Shown here piece after piece: positions 60,251 to 64,000 of a stretch of 64,000 nt of DNA. Under the pieces are notes generated by a model that worked only from the letters and a program-made list of their open reading frames with translations, made no database searches and was not told the origin of the DNA. Source of the DNA: Fonticula alba ATCC 38817 (lineage: Eukaryota; Protista; Nucleariida); the NCBI GenBank assembly GCA_000388065.2, contig KB932202.1; one strand, given 5' to 3'. Within the stretch, counting starts at the first letter, position 1; every line of letters begins with the position of its first letter. Position numbers and translations under genes: made by a program.

Positions 60251-61867
60251 TCAGCCGCTGATGCGCGCAGCAGCCTGATCGAAGAGCTGGTCGAAGGTGG
60301 TCACCTGGCTTTCGGTGATTGTGGGCACGCCGGGGCCGGTGGCGGGGAAAGTCATCAATCCGCCGAGGAGCGGGTTCTTCGGGGCCACCTCACTCAGCGT
60401 CCTGATCGAGGTCGGAGCCAGGCCCGAGGCGCCAGTGGCGAGGCATTGGTCACAGGCAGGGGGGAAGAGAGGGGGGGGGAGGAGGTGGCGGTGGGGTGGC
60501 ATGAGTGGCCATGTGGCTGGGGGAGCAAAAGATGCCTGAAACTGCCCGCCTTGTGTGGGCCCCGCGACACTTGCACGCACTTAAGGTACTCGTCCAGAGT
60601 GGCCTGCGGACGGCCCAAATGAGAGGCAACCACAAACAGGTTGGCCAGCGTGACCTCGTTGGTCGGGTCCTTTTTTTCCCCCCCCGGCACCAGCAGGGAG
60701 CATACACCGGGGACAGGTTAGATGAGGGCCACAATTTGGGGTGGGGTGGGGGGGGGGGGGGCCGCCATCCACCGAATACGTACCAGCTTCTGAGATTCGA
60801 GGAGAAGGTGCTCGGCATCGCGCAGATTCCCCTGAACCAGGTGCACCGTGGCCTGGGCGCAGAGGAGCTGTTCATGCGCGCGCGCGCGCGCCCAGGCGCG
60901 CAGGCGCAGCGTCCGGAGCCGGGCATACAGCAGGGGGACACGTCAGTAGGGCACACGTACACATACGATGTGGCCATGCGCAGATCCACACCCACACCGG
61001 CATGGGGACTCAGAGCACAGAGGGACCCATGCAAGGGCGGGCACAGGGTGGGGGGCATGGTACGCACCTTCGGGGTGGCCTGGAAGCGCTCGGTCAGCTC
61101 GCGCAGAGTGAAGAAGGCCGAGCGCTGGCTTTCCACGGAGGGCGGCGCACGAGCCACCAGGGTGACCCAAATCTCGGCCAGTTGGCGAATGATGGTTTCC
61201 TCGGAGTCGCTGAGGGACAAGTCATCGGCATGGGCTTGGACCTTCACCTCGGCCAGGGTGGCCCGAGCGGATTCCACCTGCCCGAGGCGCAGAAGCAGAA
61301 CCACGGCCAGGGCGGCAGCCTCGGCGGTGGCCAGGCCGCCATCCTCCGAGGAGGTCCCCGGGTTCTCGGCGAACGGAGCCAGCAGCTCCCAGGCAGCTTC
61401 GGGGGAGCTCTGGCGCGAGGCAGCCAGTGTGGCGGCCAGCAGGCGCTCGGCGGTCTTCAGCGGCTGGGTGCTCTCGGGGCCGGGCACGACATTCGGGTTG
61501 CCCAGGGCTCCGAGGATGGGGTACTGACCAACGAGCTCCTGAGGGACAGGCTGTGCACACGGGCAAAAGGTCGAAGAGGGGCAGGCGGGGGGGGGGGGGG
61601 GGGGGGGGGGAAGTGGCAAATGTCAGGAAACCGCGAGCCACACTCGGCGATCGGGGTGCGCAGTTAATTGCCCGAAAGCAGGAAGAGCAGGCGGAGGCGC
61701 ACGCTGCCGGAGGCGGCAATAGCCCGACCAGTGAGGATATCACGCGTGGCCGCCAGGGGCGAGGTCCCGGGCAACACGGCCAGGCGCTTGGCATAGGTCA
61801 AGGCCTCGCGGGTGTCCCCGAGGTAAAACTGGTCGGCCAGGAGGCGGAGCTGGATTTGCCCTGACAT
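60251..61867 (-). CDS. COPE: Coatomer subunit epsilon (epsilon-COP/Sec28), 5 exons
   Basis: QFYLG near the N-terminus, EETIIRQLAEIWVTL, AFFTLRELTERF|LLCAQATVHLVQGNLRDAEHLLLESQKL|DPTNEVTLANLFVVASHLG, C-terminal HP-like NPLL..TFDQL. This matches the remembered epsilon-COP TPR pattern. Confidence 0.8.
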
Positions 61868-62423
61868 TGTTTGTGTGGACGTGCGGCAAGGCGGGCGGAG
61901 GGGCGGCGAGGGGGAGAAAAGAAGGGAGGGAGAGAGGAGGCAAGATGGGCGTGCAGATGTGTGAGAAGGGGGGAGGGGGGGGGGGCAAGCTGTTGGAAGC
62001 ACCCCACCTCCCGGAGCTCAGTGTTGGACACTTTTGATGGTATTGAAGGCCCCAAGGGGGGCGGGATCCGCGCAGCTTCTCCGAAGCGCGTGCGACCGCT
62101 TCCCCGGCCAATTCCTGGAGAGAGGACGGCCGTGCGCATTGCCCTCAGTGCTCCGGGCAAAGGCGAGGCCAAAGGGGGGAGGGGGGCAGGGGTCGAACAA
62201 AGGGCACACAGCCCACCGAAGGGGCTCTTGCTCGGCGGGGTCACTACCAACGCATCTTCCTGGCGGCCTGGCAGTGGCCGATGTCGGCGAAATGCGCCAG
62301 TGACAGTTCTGCCCTCCCTGCCTTGGCGGGCGGCCTGCCTGCGCGGCGGGGGGTCCCTTGACGGAGCTCCCCGAAGAGGGTCCTAGGATAAATGCCCAGA
62401 GGCGGCTTCCCCACCCAAGTCAG

Positions 62424-62496
62424 GCTCCTGTGGCTCAGTAGGTAGAGCGTGGGACTGTTAATCCCAAGGTCCGCGGTTCGATCCCGTGCGGGAGCG
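62424..62496 (+). tRNA. tRNA-Asn (anticodon GTT), intronless
   Basis: Cloverleaf: acceptor stem GCTCCTG/CGGGAGC, D arm GCTC-AGTAGGTA-GAGC, anticodon arm TGGGA-CTGTTAA-TCCCA, T arm CGCGG-TTCGATC-CCGTG, discriminator G. Confidence 0.97.
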
Positions 62497-62505
62497 CCAC
62501 CATTC

Positions 62506-62510
62506 TTTTT
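62506..62510 (+). terminator. RNA polymerase III T5 terminator for tRNA-Asn
   Basis: TTTTT 9 nt downstream of the discriminator base. Confidence 0.8.
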
Positions 62511-62795
62511 GAATGGTGACGCCCATTTTATTATCGCCGGGCCCCACACCGGCCGCCGTCGCCCCGTCGTGGAGTGTGCCGGCGCAAGTTGTGCGTGCGT
62601 GCGTGCGTGCGTGCCTGCGTGCGCATGTCGTGGGGAGGAGGACGCGAGAGCGCACACCTTGGCCGGTGTGCCTGGCTGTGGGCACAAAAACAAAAACAAA
62701 CAAAAAACAAAAGCCGAAAGCACGGCCAGGATCAATGGCTCAGGTGTATTTTTTTGTTTCCAGCCTGCCACGGCAGGGCAAGGGGCCCGGGGGCT

Positions 62796-64000
62796 TTACC
62801 GGCCGGTCCGTGCGGCGACCGCCCCGCGGAACTGCCGGAGACTGTACCGAAGCACGCGCACCATGATCATCACCACCACGGCCATGATGAACAGGTAGAG
62901 GAGCGACGAAAAGAGGGCAACCATGCCGGTAAGGGTCCAGTGCCGATAGTGGGGGATCAGCACGGCCGCCGGGACAAAGCGCGGCTGGAAGACGGCCACC
63001 GCCTCTGGGTGCCCGGCTGCTGCGGCCAAAAGACGCTCCGCGTGCGGCAGCCACCAGGCAGCCACCGCGGCCGGCACACCGGCCCAAGCCACCGGGCTGA
63101 GGGGCCTGCTGCCCGGCGCCAGGGTGGCACTGTTGGTGGCCGAGGTGCCCGCCGGCGCGGGGTACATCGAATCAAAGTGCCGGAGCATGGCCTCGGTCAG
63201 GGTGGCATTCTGGCGCTCGGCCCAGTCACGCACCAGCATGGTATCATGCTCGGTCGCATGGGCCGGGAGGATTACCCGGCCGGAGCTCAGGGCCAGATGG
63301 CCGCCCACCGAGCGATCGGTTTGCTCGCACATGCCCAGCAGTCCGGCCATGGCCCCGGCGCGAGCGAGATACGCATTGGCCAGGTCCAGGTCCCGGCATG
63401 AGAGGACACCGTAGTCGGCCTGCAAAAAGAGAGCCGGCCGAGGAAGGGGCGGGCAGAGGGGGAGGGGGAGGGGGAATGTCGCCCATGATGGGGAGAGGCG
63501 TCAGAATGGGGCATCCGGGGTGGAGAAGGCGCGCACAGGGCAAGCATGTGGGCGTCGGCTTGCCGGCGTACCAGCCCAGCGCCGACGGCGAAGATTGGCG
63601 CCAGACGGTGGCCATGCACCGAGGACGAGGCAACTGCTCGGGTGGTCACCGGCAGGGGAACATCCTCATCCGGGTAGGAGGCCGCCTCGCGCGGCGGGAA
63701 GACGGTCGGCGGCGATACCGGCACCCGGCCGAGGGAGGTAGGCTGGCCGAAGATTTGGTCGGCCAGCAGCTGGTGTGCCGAGCCACTCTGCGATGCGAAG
63801 ACCACCGGCCGGTGGAGAGCCCGGGCCCGGTCATCGGGGGTGAAGCCACTCAGCAGGATGGGCCCCTTGCGCGTGGTGTACGGCACGAAGCCCGGGACAG
63901 CAATCTTCCGGGCGCTGGAAGGAGAGGCGGACGGGGGAACAGGGGACACAGGCCGAAGTTCATGTCAGTCGGACGGTCGATGGGGGGGGGGGGGGGGGGG
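62796..64000 (-). CDS. 3' part of a single-pass membrane protein, possibly alkaline phosphatase superfamily; 5' exons lie outside the window
   Basis: Two exons (acceptors ccttccag at about 63915 and tttttgcag at about 63420). The spliced HGHRLAPIFAVGAGL|ADYGVLSCRDL resembles the PhoA C-terminal H-x6-I-x-A-x-G..G..D-L strand. A TM helix (MVALFSSLLYLFIMAVVVMIMV) is followed by a basic tail. Confidence 0.6.

Overview
GC-rich, intron-rich eukaryotic nuclear DNA with about ten longer N gaps plus several short ones, long G/C homopolymers and microsatellites. The gene set and style fit a unicellular opisthokont, possibly a Fonticula-like nucleariid (inference, not verified). I assembled 14 spliced protein-coding genes by hand from GT-AG junctions and protein motifs: a REX1-B domain protein, a probably mitochondrial Cid1/TUTase-family nucleotidyltransferase, LCB2, RPS14, RRP8, a secreted M28 aminopeptidase, a CISD3-like NEET protein, CWC25, CDC42, a divergent E2F-like factor, a DCR2/PAP-like metallophosphoesterase, a DEAD-box helicase, a LATS/NDR kinase and coatomer epsilon. 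There is also a truncated alkaline-phosphatase-like membrane protein and one tRNA-Asn(GTT). No CRISPR array, rRNA or recognisable transposase was found. The most notable observation is an intron-split CRIB (Cdc42/Rac-binding) motif at the N-terminus of the LATS/NDR kinase; it only appears after splicing and is invisible in the ORF track. Other leads are extra Cys motifs in the NEET protein, an Arg in the tailing enzyme's nucleotide-recognition motif, a stop-introducing NAGNAG acceptor in CWC25, a tRNA with encoded CCACCA, and a candidate structured ncRNA. All family assignments come from remembered motifs, with no database search, and exon boundaries are manual predictions.
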